The notes: generated by a model not told the origin, from the sequence alone. A DNA stretch of 64,000 nt from Bacilli bacterium (GCA_044372565.1 JBILRP010000003.1:5471-69470); one strand, 5' to 3'. Numbered from the stretch's first letter, positions 39,621 to 50,196 are shown. Translations and numbers: made by a program.

Positions 39621-40865
39621 ATGGATTCAAAAGAATACATCACAAGAAGAGAAAAATTATTTCAGCACATCATGGAGCAATCCATTGTTATTTTATATTC
39701 AGGTGGGCTTATCAAATCAAGTGCGGATGCTACGTTCCCATTTGTTGTCAATAAAAACTTCTTTTACTTAACAGGTATTGAGCAAGAAAATAGTATTTTG
39801 GTGATGTTAAAAACACCAACCACCGTCAAAACGTATTTGTTTATTGATGAAATTGATGAAGCGAAAACGCGATGGGTTGGTAAGAAACTTGATGTTGAAA
39901 CTGCCACCAAGACCAGTGGCGTTCATGATATTTTCATGATGTCCATGGTTGATACGAGACTTAAAGAAATGTTATTGGATACCAATGGATACGGCAAAGT
40001 GACTCACGCCTACCTCGACTTGGAAAAGAATAACGTGATTGATGGTCATTTAAAAACAACGGAACGTGTTGCTGAAGACTTAAAGAAACAATACCCAGCA
40101 TTAACGATTGAAAATGCATATCCAATCTTAACGAAACTCCGCATGATTAAATCGCCAAAAGAAGTTGAGGCCATTCGTGTTGCCATCAAAGGAACTGCAT
40201 ATGGGTTACAAAGTATTCGTAAACACTTAAAGCCTGGATTGTTCGAACATCAAATCGAAGGTTTATTCCAATACGCGATTAAAGAGTATGGGAATATGGG
40301 TTTGGCGTTTGAAACCATTATTGCCAGTGGTAAAAATGCCATCATTCTTCACTACCCAAACCCCAAAGATAAAATCGCAGATGGTGCATTGGTCCTTTGT
40401 GACCTTGGCGCGACCAATGGTCAGTACCGAGGTGATATTACCAGGACGTATCCAGCGAACCGAAAATTTAATCCGTTACAAAAACAAATCTATGAAACCG
40501 TCTTAAAAGCTAATCAATTGATTATTCAAATGGCAAAACCAGGATTAAAAATTGTTGATTTACAACAAGCGTGCTTAAAGTTTTTGGCAGATGCTGCTGT
40601 CAAAGAGGGTTGGATTAAAACCCCAGAAGACATAGGTAAAATTTACTATCACAACGTCGGTCACCATTTAGGATTAGATACCCACGATCCAATCGGGCGT
40701 GATATTCCTTTAGAACCAGGATGTGTCATCACGGTTGAACCAGGCTTATACATCAAAGAATTAGGGATTGGTATTCGCATTGAAGATAACATTTTAATCA
40801 CGGAAAAAGGTTGTGAAAATCTCTCCGCTGACATTCCTAAAACCATCGAAGAAATCGAAAATTAA
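39621..40865 (+). CDS. pepP: Xaa-Pro aminopeptidase (M24B)
   Basis: HNVGHHLGLDTHD and ExGxY...E metal-ligand motifs of M24B; GGAAGGA RBS before the ATG at 39621. Confidence 0.85.
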   Translation: MDSKEYITRREKLFQHIMEQSIVILYSGGLIKSSADATFPFVVNKNFFYLTGIEQENSILVMLKTPTTVKTYLFIDEIDEAKTRWVGKKLDVETATKTSGVHDIFMMSMVDTRLKEMLLDTNGYGKVTHAYLDLEKNNVIDGHLKTTERVAEDLKKQYPALTIENAYPILTKLRMIKSPKEVEAIRVAIKGTAYGLQSIRKHLKPGLFEHQIEGLFQYAIKEYGNMGLAFETIIASGKNAIILHYPNPKDKIADGALVLCDLGATNGQYRGDITRTYPANRKFNPLQKQIYETVLKANQLIIQMAKPGLKIVDLQQACLKFLADAAVKEGWIKTPEDIGKIYYHNVGHHLGLDTHDPIGRDIPLEPGCVITVEPGLYIKELGIGIRIEDNILITEKGCENLSADIPKTIEEIEN

Positions 40866-42502
40866 CCTTCGACTTCTCGGAAACAAGAACCGCCAATAAA
40901 TTCGCGAATCAATGAGTTAGATGGAATCCATTTTTCATCAATATCAACAAAGTATTTAAGCATTCTGATTAATCGTTCTGCCGTTGGAAAATAGATCGAC
41001 TCTTTATCAATGGAACTTAAGACTGGAATCGCATAACGTTTCATCACGCATAATTCATAAGGCAAAAAAGAGTTATAAACATAATCAGCTTCTTCTTGGG
41101 TTTTATAAATCCAAGTAAATTCTCCACGTCGTACAGAAGGCCACATGTCAATGGTTTGCTCTGCTGGAGATCCGCGATATTTTTTATCTCTGACCATGCG
41201 CCTTAATAATCGTAAATCGGTTAAACTCATAGGATTATGATCATCATAATTTATTTGAGATTGTGGAGAAATATATATTTTATATTTTTGAGTTTTTGGC
41301 ACCACAGAGGTTAAGGCATCATTGAGCGCGTGGATGCCTTCAATAATGATTAATGTATCTTCTTGGATTTTTAACTTTTTAGGTTTTTCCAATGCTGAAT
41401 CAAATTTGCTATTCGGTAATTGGACTTCTTCCCCATTGATTAATTGGGCAAGGTGCTCATTGAATAATGAAAGATTTAATGCATGAATGCTTTCAAGGTC
41501 TGGTTTTCCATCGCTATCTTTTGGTGCTTGATCTTTTGGTAAATAATAATCGTCGATTGAAATCCGAATCGGTTGAAAGCCGCGAGACATGAGTTCAATT
41601 CTTAACCGATTGGCAAACGTGGTTTTACCCGAAGAGGACGGCCCTGCAATACAAATGAGGCGTAGGTTATCTCGTCGATGTTCAATGGCTTCACCTAATT
41701 CCACTAACATTCGGGAATGCTTCGCCTCACATAAGTTGATGAAATCAACCACCCGGTCTTCCGTCACAAATTTATTGATACGAGCAACCGAGTCTGCTTG
41801 GGTAATCGCCGACCATGCATGAGCTTCCTTTAATGTTTGGCCGAAAATCGGGGCATCTTCAAAGGGGGGAATTTGTCCTTTTGTCTCAGAACGAGGGTAC
41901 TGAATGATGATGCCAGGAGGGTAATAAATTAATTTCCAATCTTTAATAAAACCACTAGAAAGTGCCATCATTCCGTGCATGTAATTGATGTAATCACCGC
42001 TACGATAAAAATGAACAGTTTTTTCAGGTCGATATTGAAGAATCTCTAATTTATCCTTAAAATCAAGTTTTTGATAGTTTGCAATTGCCTCATCTTTATT
42101 GACGATGGTTCTTTCAAAAGGTAAATTCAATTGAACTAAACTCTTTAATTGAGCTTCTAGCTTTTGAACAAAAGAAGGATCAATTTTTTTCGGATTGATA
42201 AATTCCATGAATATTGAACGTGAAATGTGATAGGAAAAACGAAAACGATATAAAGGATTGAGTTGATGAACTGCCATGGCAACAAGGTAACGTAATGTTG
42301 TTTCGTAGGTCCTAACCGCATCTTGTTGAAGAATGGTTAAAAATTCAATGGTCGCGTCAAAATAAACTTCATAATTTAAGTCACGAATTCGATGATTTAC
42401 TTTCGCACATAAAAATTGATGGTTCTTGGAAAGCAATGACTTTAAAGAAACCTTTTCTTCAAAGGTTTTTTCTTTATTCAGATAGTGAAGTTTGAATGCC
42501 AT
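40862..42502 (-). CDS. uridine kinase/phosphoribulokinase-family P-loop nucleoside kinase with a ~270-aa N-terminal extension
   Basis: CIAGPSSSGKTTFANRL Walker A and DDYY in the C-terminal half; the N-terminal domain was not identified. Confidence 0.65.
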   Translation of the reverse strand: MAFKLHYLNKEKTFEEKVSLKSLLSKNHQFLCAKVNHRIRDLNYEVYFDATIEFLTILQQDAVRTYETTLRYLVAMAVHQLNPLYRFRFSYHISRSIFMEFINPKKIDPSFVQKLEAQLKSLVQLNLPFERTIVNKDEAIANYQKLDFKDKLEILQYRPEKTVHFYRSGDYINYMHGMMALSSGFIKDWKLIYYPPGIIIQYPRSETKGQIPPFEDAPIFGQTLKEAHAWSAITQADSVARINKFVTEDRVVDFINLCEAKHSRMLVELGEAIEHRRDNLRLICIAGPSSSGKTTFANRLRIELMSRGFQPIRISIDDYYLPKDQAPKDSDGKPDLESIHALNLSLFNEHLAQLINGEEVQLPNSKFDSALEKPKKLKIQEDTLIIIEGIHALNDALTSVVPKTQKYKIYISPQSQINYDDHNPMSLTDLRLLRRMVRDKKYRGSPAEQTIDMWPSVRRGEFTWIYKTQEEADYVYNSFLPYELCVMKRYAIPVLSSIDKESIYFPTAERLIRMLKYFVDIDEKWIPSNSLIREFIGGSCFREVEG

Positions 42503-42607
42503 GATGACCCCTTGTTTACCTTATGAGGTAAACATTAAATTATAAACGATTATGATTAAAAAACGACGAATAGGTTTTTAACTTTAAGGTACCTTCATCA
42601 ATTTAAG

Positions 42608-43114
42608 TTAATTGACATCGGATGAGACGGAAACATAATCGACCATCAAGGCTCGGAAACGTTGAATATTATAAAAAGCTTGATGAGAGGGAATCCGATG
42701 AATTCTTTCCTCACCATTCAAAATAAACAGCGTTGGAGTTGAAAAACCTTCAGGAAAATAATTTGGAAATTCCTCTTGAAACATCGATAAATGATGCAAA
42801 TGCTCAAGGGTATCTAAATAGTAAACCATCGCTTTTGATGTTGCAATCCAATCTAAGAATACTGGTTGAAATTGTAAGCAACTTGAACAAGTCGGATTTC
42901 CTACGTATAACAAATAAGGATCATTGTCATTAGATAATTCAATCAAATCATCCAAATCAATACGGCTGGTCAATGCCTCCATTGAAATAGTGGTTGGTGG
43001 GGATGTGAGCAGAAGTGGATTCATCGCAATAATGGTTGCATTAGCATTGATTTGGCAACCAACAAGGACAGTGGATAAGACCAGTAAAATAGTTCTTCGT
43101 AATGGTAAATTCAT
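42608..43114 (-). CDS. thioredoxin-fold lipoprotein (CxxC), paralog of the 15047-15835 protein
   Basis: Lipobox LVGC after a signal peptide; YVGNPTCSSCLQFQP CxxC and TPTLFILNG PT-turn motif. Confidence 0.55.
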   Translation of the reverse strand: MNLPLRRTILLVLSTVLVGCQINANATIIAMNPLLLTSPPTTISMEALTSRIDLDDLIELSNDNDPYLLYVGNPTCSSCLQFQPVFLDWIATSKAMVYYLDTLEHLHHLSMFQEEFPNYFPEGFSTPTLFILNGEERIHRIPSHQAFYNIQRFRALMVDYVSVSSDVN

Positions 43115-43136
43115 AACAAAATTATATCATTGGCGA

Positions 43137-43164
43137 TTGGATTTATACGTTATATGTTTATAAT
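43137..43164 (+). promoter_or_regulatory. putative sigma-A promoter for ppa
   Basis: TTGGAT, 16-nt spacer, TATAAT, then AAAGAGG RBS and the ATG at 43185. Confidence 0.4.
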
Positions 43165-43184
43165 GGAAAAGAGGTACTTATCAA

Positions 43185-43715
43185 ATGAATGTATGGCATG
43201 ATGTATCAAAAAAAAGAATTAATCCTGAAAAATTCTTAGCTTGTATTGAAATTTCCAAAGGTTCAAAAAACAAGTATGAGATGGACAAAGAAACCGGAGC
43301 CCTTATCCTTGATCGCGTGTTATTCACCTCAACTCATTACCCACAAAATTATGGGTTTATCCCTAAGACCTATGCTGGTGATTTAGATCCTTTGGATGTC
43401 CTGGTCTTATGCTCAGAATCTATTCAACCACTTGCGTTGGTTGAGTGCTATCCCATTGGCGTGTTTAAGATGATCGATAATGGCACTGTGGATGAAAAAA
43501 TCATTGCCATCTCAGTTTCTGATCCAGTGTTTAGCTCGTATAAAGATCTCAAAGATATTCCTGACCATGTTTTTAATGAAATGAGACATTTTTTTCAAGT
43601 GTATAAAATGCTTGAAGGTAAGGATACTTTTGTCTCTCAAGTTGAAGGCAAAGATGTTGCGATTGATATCATTAAAAGTAGCATCAAATCTTATGAGGAA
43701 CATTTCGAAGGTTAA
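43185..43715 (+). CDS. ppa: inorganic pyrophosphatase, family I
   Basis: 176 aa; DxDPxDV-type motif (GDLDPLDVLVL). Confidence 0.9.
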   Translation: MNVWHDVSKKRINPEKFLACIEISKGSKNKYEMDKETGALILDRVLFTSTHYPQNYGFIPKTYAGDLDPLDVLVLCSESIQPLALVECYPIGVFKMIDNGTVDEKIIAISVSDPVFSSYKDLKDIPDHVFNEMRHFFQVYKMLEGKDTFVSQVEGKDVAIDIIKSSIKSYEEHFEG

Positions 43716-43720
43716 TTCGG

Positions 43721-44242
43721 ATGAATCATATCGTCTTATTCCATCCTGAAATTCCTCAAAACACTGGAAACATCATGCGGACAGCGATGGCCACGGAATC
43801 CAAACTTCATATCATTGGGCCCTTACCATTCACCTTGAATGATGAAACCATTAAACGTACCGGCCTTGATTACCGAGAACACGTCCATTATCACTATTAT
43901 GATTCTTACCAAGATTTTATGGATAAAAATCATCACCCCGTGCTTCATTGCTTGACTCGTTATGGGGATAAAATATATACAGACATCACTGTAAAAAATA
44001 AAGTAGAAGATATCTATCTTATGTTTGGTTCAGAGACAAGTGGTTTAACCCCAGAAATCATGAAACAACATCAACATCATTTATACCGGATTCCGATGAG
44101 CATCCTAGCAAGAAGTTTAAACGTATCCAATACTGTCGCCTTGGTGATCTACGAAATTCTACGTCAGCAACAATTTTCAGGATTAGCCACCAAAGAAGTT
44201 TTAAAAGGTGAACACTTCCTTAAAGACAAATTAAATCAGTAG
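43721..44242 (+). CDS. trmL: tRNA (cytidine/uridine-2'-O)-methyltransferase, SpoU/TrmL family
   Basis: 173 aa; LFHPEIPQNTGNIMRTA N-terminus and a C-terminal SPOUT knot region. Confidence 0.85.
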   Translation: MNHIVLFHPEIPQNTGNIMRTAMATESKLHIIGPLPFTLNDETIKRTGLDYREHVHYHYYDSYQDFMDKNHHPVLHCLTRYGDKIYTDITVKNKVEDIYLMFGSETSGLTPEIMKQHQHHLYRIPMSILARSLNVSNTVALVIYEILRQQQFSGLATKEVLKGEHFLKDKLNQ

Positions 44243-45537
44243 CGCTTTACCATGGTTAGCAGTTGATTTGCCCAATCTGGATTGGCATGAACCTTAATTT
44301 TTTTAGCGTCTTTGACAATCACTTGTCCTAACTGAGTGGTTCGTTTTAATGATCCTACTTTTGCATACGTCACTTCACCTGATATTTTTTTAGCTAAGGC
44401 AAGGACAAGCTGAGCCCCTTTGATGATGGCGTCGTGATCAAAAGTTGCCTGATGAACGATTAAATGGCTTCCAGGTTCCCCATATATATGCATAAAAATA
44501 TCACTTTTCTTGGCAATGGAAAAAGTTAGAAAGTCATTTTGCTTTGAATTTTTTCCAAAGGAGAACTTTACGTTTTGATCGATGATAAAGTAGGGAGATT
44601 GATGACTAATTTGAATTGGTTTTGGTTTGATGCCACTAATGACATGTTCTTGAATTAAAAACGATTGGACCAATTCAAGGTCATTCCAGGTTGGTTTGCT
44701 CACCAAGTTAAGATGATATAAATATGCTTCAATATTCTCTTGGTTTTGTTTTAGTTGGTGGTTAACTTCTTTCACGCCTTGTTTGGCTTTTTTGACCAAA
44801 CGGTAGAGATGATTGACCCCATCATAATTGCATTTAAACGTTAGGTTAGGTTTAGCAAGACGAAAAGGATTAGGATAATCCGACCAAGGTAAATTTGGTT
44901 CTGTCTGGATTGCTTCAGCGATGTCTTGATAATGAAGATTTTCTTGATGGTTTTTCATGTCTTTTTCTAACGCAGCATGACGCTTAACTATTTTTTGATA
45001 ATGTGACTTCATCATGGAATGATATTGTTTTGCCAAGACATTTAAATGAAGCGTAGCGATATCTAACGAGTCATCTAACTTAAATCTAGACGCCTTAGGA
45101 TGAATTGCCTCTTTTGGTTGCCATCCAAGGATAGAATCAAAGATAGGGATATCATGTTTCAATAACGTCAGTCTTGGTGCATAAGGTGCCAATTGAATAC
45201 GTAAGATTAGAGGTTCTTTCAGTGACGCTTCTTGTGAGTTGGATAATCGTATATTCAATCGAGCATAATCATCTACATTCGCTTCCATAATGATTAAATC
45301 GTGAAGATGTTGATCCAATCCATGGGGGACAATATTTTTGAATGAATTATTTTTTTCTAAAAGCGTCTGAATGTGCATACGAGGATTGACATTATCAAGA
45401 CTAATCACCCAACCCAGTTCTGGTTTATGATTCAATAAAAGAATCCAATCATGATTAGGAAATAAGTAGATGTGGTGAATTTTCTTTCCGATCAATGTGG
45501 CGGTAAAGTTTGCTGGTAAAATCGTGGATAAATCCAT
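44236..45537 (-). CDS. NFACT-family protein (RqcH/FbpA-like), shorter than canonical RqcH
   Basis: N-terminal NFACT-N-like region (KIHHIYLF...NPRMHIQ) and a C-terminal DUF814/NFACT-R block with GEPGSHLIVH; start uncertain (ATG 45537 versus TTG 45603). Confidence 0.6.
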   Translation of the reverse strand: MDLSTILPANFTATLIGKKIHHIYLFPNHDWILLLNHKPELGWVISLDNVNPRMHIQTLLEKNNSFKNIVPHGLDQHLHDLIIMEANVDDYARLNIRLSNSQEASLKEPLILRIQLAPYAPRLTLLKHDIPIFDSILGWQPKEAIHPKASRFKLDDSLDIATLHLNVLAKQYHSMMKSHYQKIVKRHAALEKDMKNHQENLHYQDIAEAIQTEPNLPWSDYPNPFRLAKPNLTFKCNYDGVNHLYRLVKKAKQGVKEVNHQLKQNQENIEAYLYHLNLVSKPTWNDLELVQSFLIQEHVISGIKPKPIQISHQSPYFIIDQNVKFSFGKNSKQNDFLTFSIAKKSDIFMHIYGEPGSHLIVHQATFDHDAIIKGAQLVLALAKKISGEVTYAKVGSLKRTTQLGQVIVKDAKKIKVHANPDWANQLLTMVKRY

Positions 45538-45608
45538 AAAAAAAGTATAGCATAAACGATGCTTTGATTGACTTTTAGCTCGATTCATATGATAATTTTT
45601 CAAAGCTT

Positions 45609-46190
45609 ATGAAGCCAGGATTATTAATTATATTAAGTGGTCCCTCCGGCGTTGGAAAAGGAACCATTCGAAAACGCATCATGGAAGACGAAAGTCTTCA
45701 ACTTTCATATTCCGTTTCGATGACGACTCGATCAAAACGAACAGGGGAAATCAATGGCAAAGATTATTTTTTTGTGGATCAACCAACTTTTCAGTCTGCC
45801 ATTGACCAAAACAATTTATTGGAGTGGGCTGAATTTGTAGGTAATCGTTATGGGACGCCTAAAGCTGAAGTTCAACAATTACGTAGTTTAGGCAAAAACG
45901 TCTTATTAGAAATAGAAATCAACGGGGCCAAACAAGTCATTGCTAAAACCATGGGTCCAGGTTTGGTGACGATCTTTTTAATGCCTCCTTCCTTTGAGGC
46001 TCTTGAAGCAAGAATTAGAAAACGAAAAACTGAATCAGAATCAATCATTCAAGAACGATTAGAAAAAGCTAAAAGAGAAATGAATCTGCATCATGATTAT
46101 CAATATCTTGTGATCAATGATAATCTTGAACGCGCTGCAGATCAGATTAAACAAATCATTAAAGAAAGAATGCAATCCATGCACCCATGA
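45609..46190 (+). CDS. gmk: guanylate kinase
   Basis: LSGPSGVGKGTI P-loop; 193 aa. Confidence 0.95.
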   Translation: MKPGLLIILSGPSGVGKGTIRKRIMEDESLQLSYSVSMTTRSKRTGEINGKDYFFVDQPTFQSAIDQNNLLEWAEFVGNRYGTPKAEVQQLRSLGKNVLLEIEINGAKQVIAKTMGPGLVTIFLMPPSFEALEARIRKRKTESESIIQERLEKAKREMNLHHDYQYLVINDNLERAADQIKQIIKERMQSMHP

Positions 46191-48388
46191 AGACCTACAT
46201 TTTAGAGGTCTATATCGAACATCAGTTACAACAACTTAATCGCCCATTTACATATCTTTATCATGGTGTATCTATTCCACAACGAGGCATACGTGTTCGC
46301 GTTCCCTTTCATCAACAATCCTTAATTGGATATGTGACCAAAGTCACTGAAACCAACGATGTTGAAAGTTTAAAAGCTAACAGTCCTTTTCCAATTTCAG
46401 ATATTGACTCATTACTCGATGAGACCCCAATTTTATCCGAAGAGCTATTGTTATTGGTCGATCACCAAGCAACCCAATATTTTTCCTCAAAAATTGCCAT
46501 GCTACAAGCGATGCTTCCACCTTCTTTATTTCCATCCAAACGAGGGTTAAAAGGGCCTAAAATCGCCTATGAATCTTGGTTGAAGATCCATCCCACTAGC
46601 CCACTACCTTCGATGAACGGAAGACAACTTGGTTGGTGGCAAATGGTTGAAAATCAAACTCGGATTCGCTTGCACGACATCAAAAGTAAAGCGGCGATTA
46701 GGTATTTAACTGAATCAGGTTTGGCGTCGATTGAAAAAGAAGAAAAGAGAAGATTCGTTTTCAATTCCCTCACGGTTGAAAATAGACCGACTTTGACAGG
46801 ACAACAAAAACAAGTCATTGATGAATTTAATCAATCAAAAGCCCTGGTATATTTACTCGAAGGCGTGACTGGCAGTGGCAAGACGGAAGTTTATCTCAAC
46901 CTTTCTGAAACCATGATTTCTTCTAACCAATCTGTATTAATGATTGTTCCAGAGATTGCCTTAACACCCGTGATGATGAGTTACTATCGTCAACGATTTG
47001 GAGAAAAAGTTGCTATCCTTCATTCTGGGTTAACGCCTGCAGAAAAATTTGATGAGTATCGGCGGATTTTAAATGGACAAGCGGTGGTGGTGGTTGGCGC
47101 AAGATCAGCAGTTTTTGCCCCCTTACAACATCTTGGTTTAATTATTCTTGATGAAGAACATTCGGAAACCTATAAGCAAGACAATGCTCCTCACTACCAC
47201 GCTCGGGAGATAGCCCTTTGGAGAAGTCAGTATCACCAATGTAAGCTTCTGATGGGAACGGCAACACCCTCTTTAGAATCAAAAGCTCGGGCTCAAAAAG
47301 GTCTATATCAACTCCTTAGCTTGCCTCATCGAATTCACGATCAACATATTCCTAAGACAACGATTATTGACATGACAGATACTAAGCAATTATCTCGAGA
47401 CAACTCTTTGTTTTCTCACGCATTGTTAAAAGGAATAGCCGATCGCTTATCTAAAAAACAACAAGTCATCCTGCTTGTGAATCGCCGAGGTTATGCCCAA
47501 AGTGTTATTTGTCGGTCATGTCAACATTTATTCATTTGCCCAGACTGCCAAGTTCCACTTGCATATCACTCAAAAATCGATAGTTTAAAATGCCACTATT
47601 GCGATGTCATTGAAACCCTTCCTAAACAATGCCCATCATGCCAATCTCATCAATTGATGAAACAAGGTTTTGGAACCGAACAAGTGGTGAGTATTTTAGA
47701 AAAACTATTTCCGCAAGCAAACGTGGGTCGACTTGATGCAGACATGACTGGATTAAGAAGTTCAATCACAGAAACCTTAAAAAAAGTCCAAGATGGTTTC
47801 ATTGATATTTTGGTTGGAACACAAATGGTTGCCAAAGGTCATGATTTTCCTAATGTTACCCTTGTTGGGGTGATGCTTGCAGATTTAGGCTTACATGTAC
47901 CGCATTATCGAGCCTCAGAAAGAACCTTCCAATTGATTGCCCAAGTGGTTGGAAGAACGGGGAGAGGTCCTCAGTCTGGAGAGGCCATCATTCAAACCAC
48001 GATGCCTGAACATTACTCAATCGTCTTAGGTAGTCAACAAAACTATCAACAATTTTATCTTCGAGAAATGAAAGAACGAAAGATCCTTCAATACCCTCCC
48101 TACACGTATCTAGCAAGATTTGAATTATCATCTCGCGATCAGGAGATGGTTGATGAAGTTGCTTTAGAATTACACCAATTACTTGTTGATCAATTAGAGT
48201 CGATTGCTACGGTGATAGGGCCGAATATACCTTACCCAGAATATTTTGCAGGTCTTTTCCGCAGAAGGGTTCTTATCAAGTACAAAGACTATGCACAGTT
48301 ATATGCTCGATTAAATTCAATTTATGAACTCCTCGTATTAAAAAAACAAGTGAAAATAAATTTTAATTTAGACCCTTATGACCATTAG
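46187..48388 (+). CDS. priA: primosomal protein N' (replication restart helicase)
   Basis: 733 aa; Walker A GVTGSGKTE; DEEH box; Cys-rich zinc-binding region CRSCQHLFICPDCQ...CHYC...CPSC. Confidence 0.95.
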   Translation: MKTYILEVYIEHQLQQLNRPFTYLYHGVSIPQRGIRVRVPFHQQSLIGYVTKVTETNDVESLKANSPFPISDIDSLLDETPILSEELLLLVDHQATQYFSSKIAMLQAMLPPSLFPSKRGLKGPKIAYESWLKIHPTSPLPSMNGRQLGWWQMVENQTRIRLHDIKSKAAIRYLTESGLASIEKEEKRRFVFNSLTVENRPTLTGQQKQVIDEFNQSKALVYLLEGVTGSGKTEVYLNLSETMISSNQSVLMIVPEIALTPVMMSYYRQRFGEKVAILHSGLTPAEKFDEYRRILNGQAVVVVGARSAVFAPLQHLGLIILDEEHSETYKQDNAPHYHAREIALWRSQYHQCKLLMGTATPSLESKARAQKGLYQLLSLPHRIHDQHIPKTTIIDMTDTKQLSRDNSLFSHALLKGIADRLSKKQQVILLVNRRGYAQSVICRSCQHLFICPDCQVPLAYHSKIDSLKCHYCDVIETLPKQCPSCQSHQLMKQGFGTEQVVSILEKLFPQANVGRLDADMTGLRSSITETLKKVQDGFIDILVGTQMVAKGHDFPNVTLVGVMLADLGLHVPHYRASERTFQLIAQVVGRTGRGPQSGEAIIQTTMPEHYSIVLGSQQNYQQFYLREMKERKILQYPPYTYLARFELSSRDQEMVDEVALELHQLLVDQLESIATVIGPNIPYPEYFAGLFRRRVLIKYKDYAQLYARLNSIYELLVLKKQVKINFNLDPYDH

Positions 48389-48448
48389 GTCTTTTCGTAT
48401 CATTTTTAACCTATTTAGTTTAAAATAAAACAAGTATGAGGTTGACGG

Positions 48449-48919
48449 ATGCACATTGAAATTTTTGGACTAGATAAATATGTGGTTGCTACGCTTAGTG
48501 AACAACTCCATTTACCACTGATCAAGTTAACAAAAGTTAACGAAAAAGATCTCTTCTTTTCTGTCTTTGAAAGCATGATTTTTCATCGAGGTGTTGATCA
48601 AAACGCTTGGCACACAGTCATTCGAATTTTTCTTGTTGAGACTGACATGAAATATCAAGAAGAATTGAAAGCTTTATTTGTTGAGGCATTAAAAGATCAA
48701 ACCATTCATCTTCACTTTGAATTTTATCCTCAGTTAAAACAAAATATTCATCATGTGATTAGAGAAGACTATCCATTATTTGTCTCTGAATCTAACGCTG
48801 TCAACATTGAAGAAGTAGAACCAACACCTCAAGAAATTTTTCACGGCAATGTTTTTGAAGGTAAAGAAAAAGAATTGGATTCAATAATTCAACCTACCAA
48901 AAAGAAAAAACCATCGTAA
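48449..48919 (+). CDS. hypothetical protein (156 aa), in the position def/fmt occupy in Bacillus priA operons
   Basis: ORF with plausible spacing; no motif recognised. Confidence 0.4.
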   Translation: MHIEIFGLDKYVVATLSEQLHLPLIKLTKVNEKDLFFSVFESMIFHRGVDQNAWHTVIRIFLVETDMKYQEELKALFVEALKDQTIHLHFEFYPQLKQNIHHVIREDYPLFVSESNAVNIEEVEPTPQEIFHGNVFEGKEKELDSIIQPTKKKKPS

Positions 48920-48937
48920 TGAGTACCATCCATCCCC

Positions 48938-50194
48938 ATGAATGAATTACTTATTGTAGGCAATGTTTTAACAAAGATTATAGATCAGCACCAAAATTTT
49001 TCTGATGCACTCAAAGAAGGTGTCCAAGAAGCGAATGCGACCACATCTCAAGGACTGATTCGCTCATTAACAAGCTGTGAGCTCCATCACCATCGTTTAT
49101 TGGAACATGTGGTGAATCGTTTTGTGAATCACTTAGACCCTAAGGATAAATTAATTCTACAAGCTGCCATTGGTAATAATGTATTTGTCAAAAGATTACC
49201 TCATGATCAAGTCATGGTTTTTATCCATCAATTTTTAGCAGAAAGAAATGTTGTAAAAACATCCATGGATGAATTGCTTTCGCTTGCTTCCCCTGGAAAA
49301 AATTTAATTGATTCTCTCATCAAAGAAAATTCAATTACTTACCTAGGCATTAAATTCAACACTCCTGAATGGTTGGTATTGATGTGGATCAAACACTTTG
49401 GATTAACCATTACGTTAAAAATATTATCCACGAACAACAAACCGGTTTTACAAGCATGCCGAGTGAATACGCTAAAAACCACCACACATAAATTATTAAA
49501 GCAGTTTTCAGACCTCACGGAAACCCCGGTTGAAGATACGGTCATTTATCAAGGGAAAGCCCCTTTAAAAAATCACCCAGCTTATATGCAAAATTTAATT
49601 TTTCAACAACGACTGGCAGTGACAGACATTGTTAAACAATTTAGTTTCGATAATGTCAAAGGTGAAATGCTACTGGTTGAAACACGTCCACAAGCTTTGT
49701 ATTTAGAACTTCCTGTTTATACCGAACAAAACATTAGAATTAATATTGTCACCAATGCGATTGAAAGAAAACTTGCGATGCAAAAGTCTCTCCATTCATT
49801 TCAACTCTCTAACATTGCCTTGTATGAATCTGAACCTAAAGGTTTAATCACCTATCTTTCGAAAAAACAAGACGTGGTTTTCGTGGTCCCCCAATGCTCA
49901 AAATTTGATTTAATCAGATCTTTACCTGATTTTTTCATTCACTTTAAACAAGAAGATCTTGATAATTTAATTGTTTCTGAGAAACAAGCCCTTTTTGAAT
50001 CAAGTCAGTTTGTTGAAGAACGTGGCTTATTATTCTATGGGGTTAACACGATGAATCAAAAAGAAGGTAAATTGTTGATTGAAGAATTTTTACTGCAACA
50101 ACCTCAGTTCAAACTGATTCAAGAATTTCAATACTTCCCGTTTGATAAATTCAATACAGCGCTGTATGTTGCAGCGATGAGAAAGAGTAAATAG
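48938..50194 (+). CDS. RsmB/Sun-like protein with NusB-like N-terminal domain and a degenerate methyltransferase domain
   Basis: Position equals sun/rsmB. The C-terminal half aligns loosely to RsmB but lacks the DLCAAPGGKT SAM motif (LLVETRPQALY instead), and the TC catalytic Cys is replaced (YGVNTMN versus YSTCS); only VPQCS remains. Confidence 0.5.
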   Translation: MNELLIVGNVLTKIIDQHQNFSDALKEGVQEANATTSQGLIRSLTSCELHHHRLLEHVVNRFVNHLDPKDKLILQAAIGNNVFVKRLPHDQVMVFIHQFLAERNVVKTSMDELLSLASPGKNLIDSLIKENSITYLGIKFNTPEWLVLMWIKHFGLTITLKILSTNNKPVLQACRVNTLKTTTHKLLKQFSDLTETPVEDTVIYQGKAPLKNHPAYMQNLIFQQRLAVTDIVKQFSFDNVKGEMLLVETRPQALYLELPVYTEQNIRINIVTNAIERKLAMQKSLHSFQLSNIALYESEPKGLITYLSKKQDVVFVVPQCSKFDLIRSLPDFFIHFKQEDLDNLIVSEKQALFESSQFVEERGLLFYGVNTMNQKEGKLLIEEFLLQQPQFKLIQEFQYFPFDKFNTALYVAAMRKSK

Positions 50195-50196
50195 TT

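Noticed and set aside
48449-48919. Tried to read the 156-aa ORF as a degenerate def or fmt
   Set aside because: It shows no HEXXH/EGCLS (def) or formyltransferase SLLP/HxSLLPxxRG motifs. It is kept as hypothetical.
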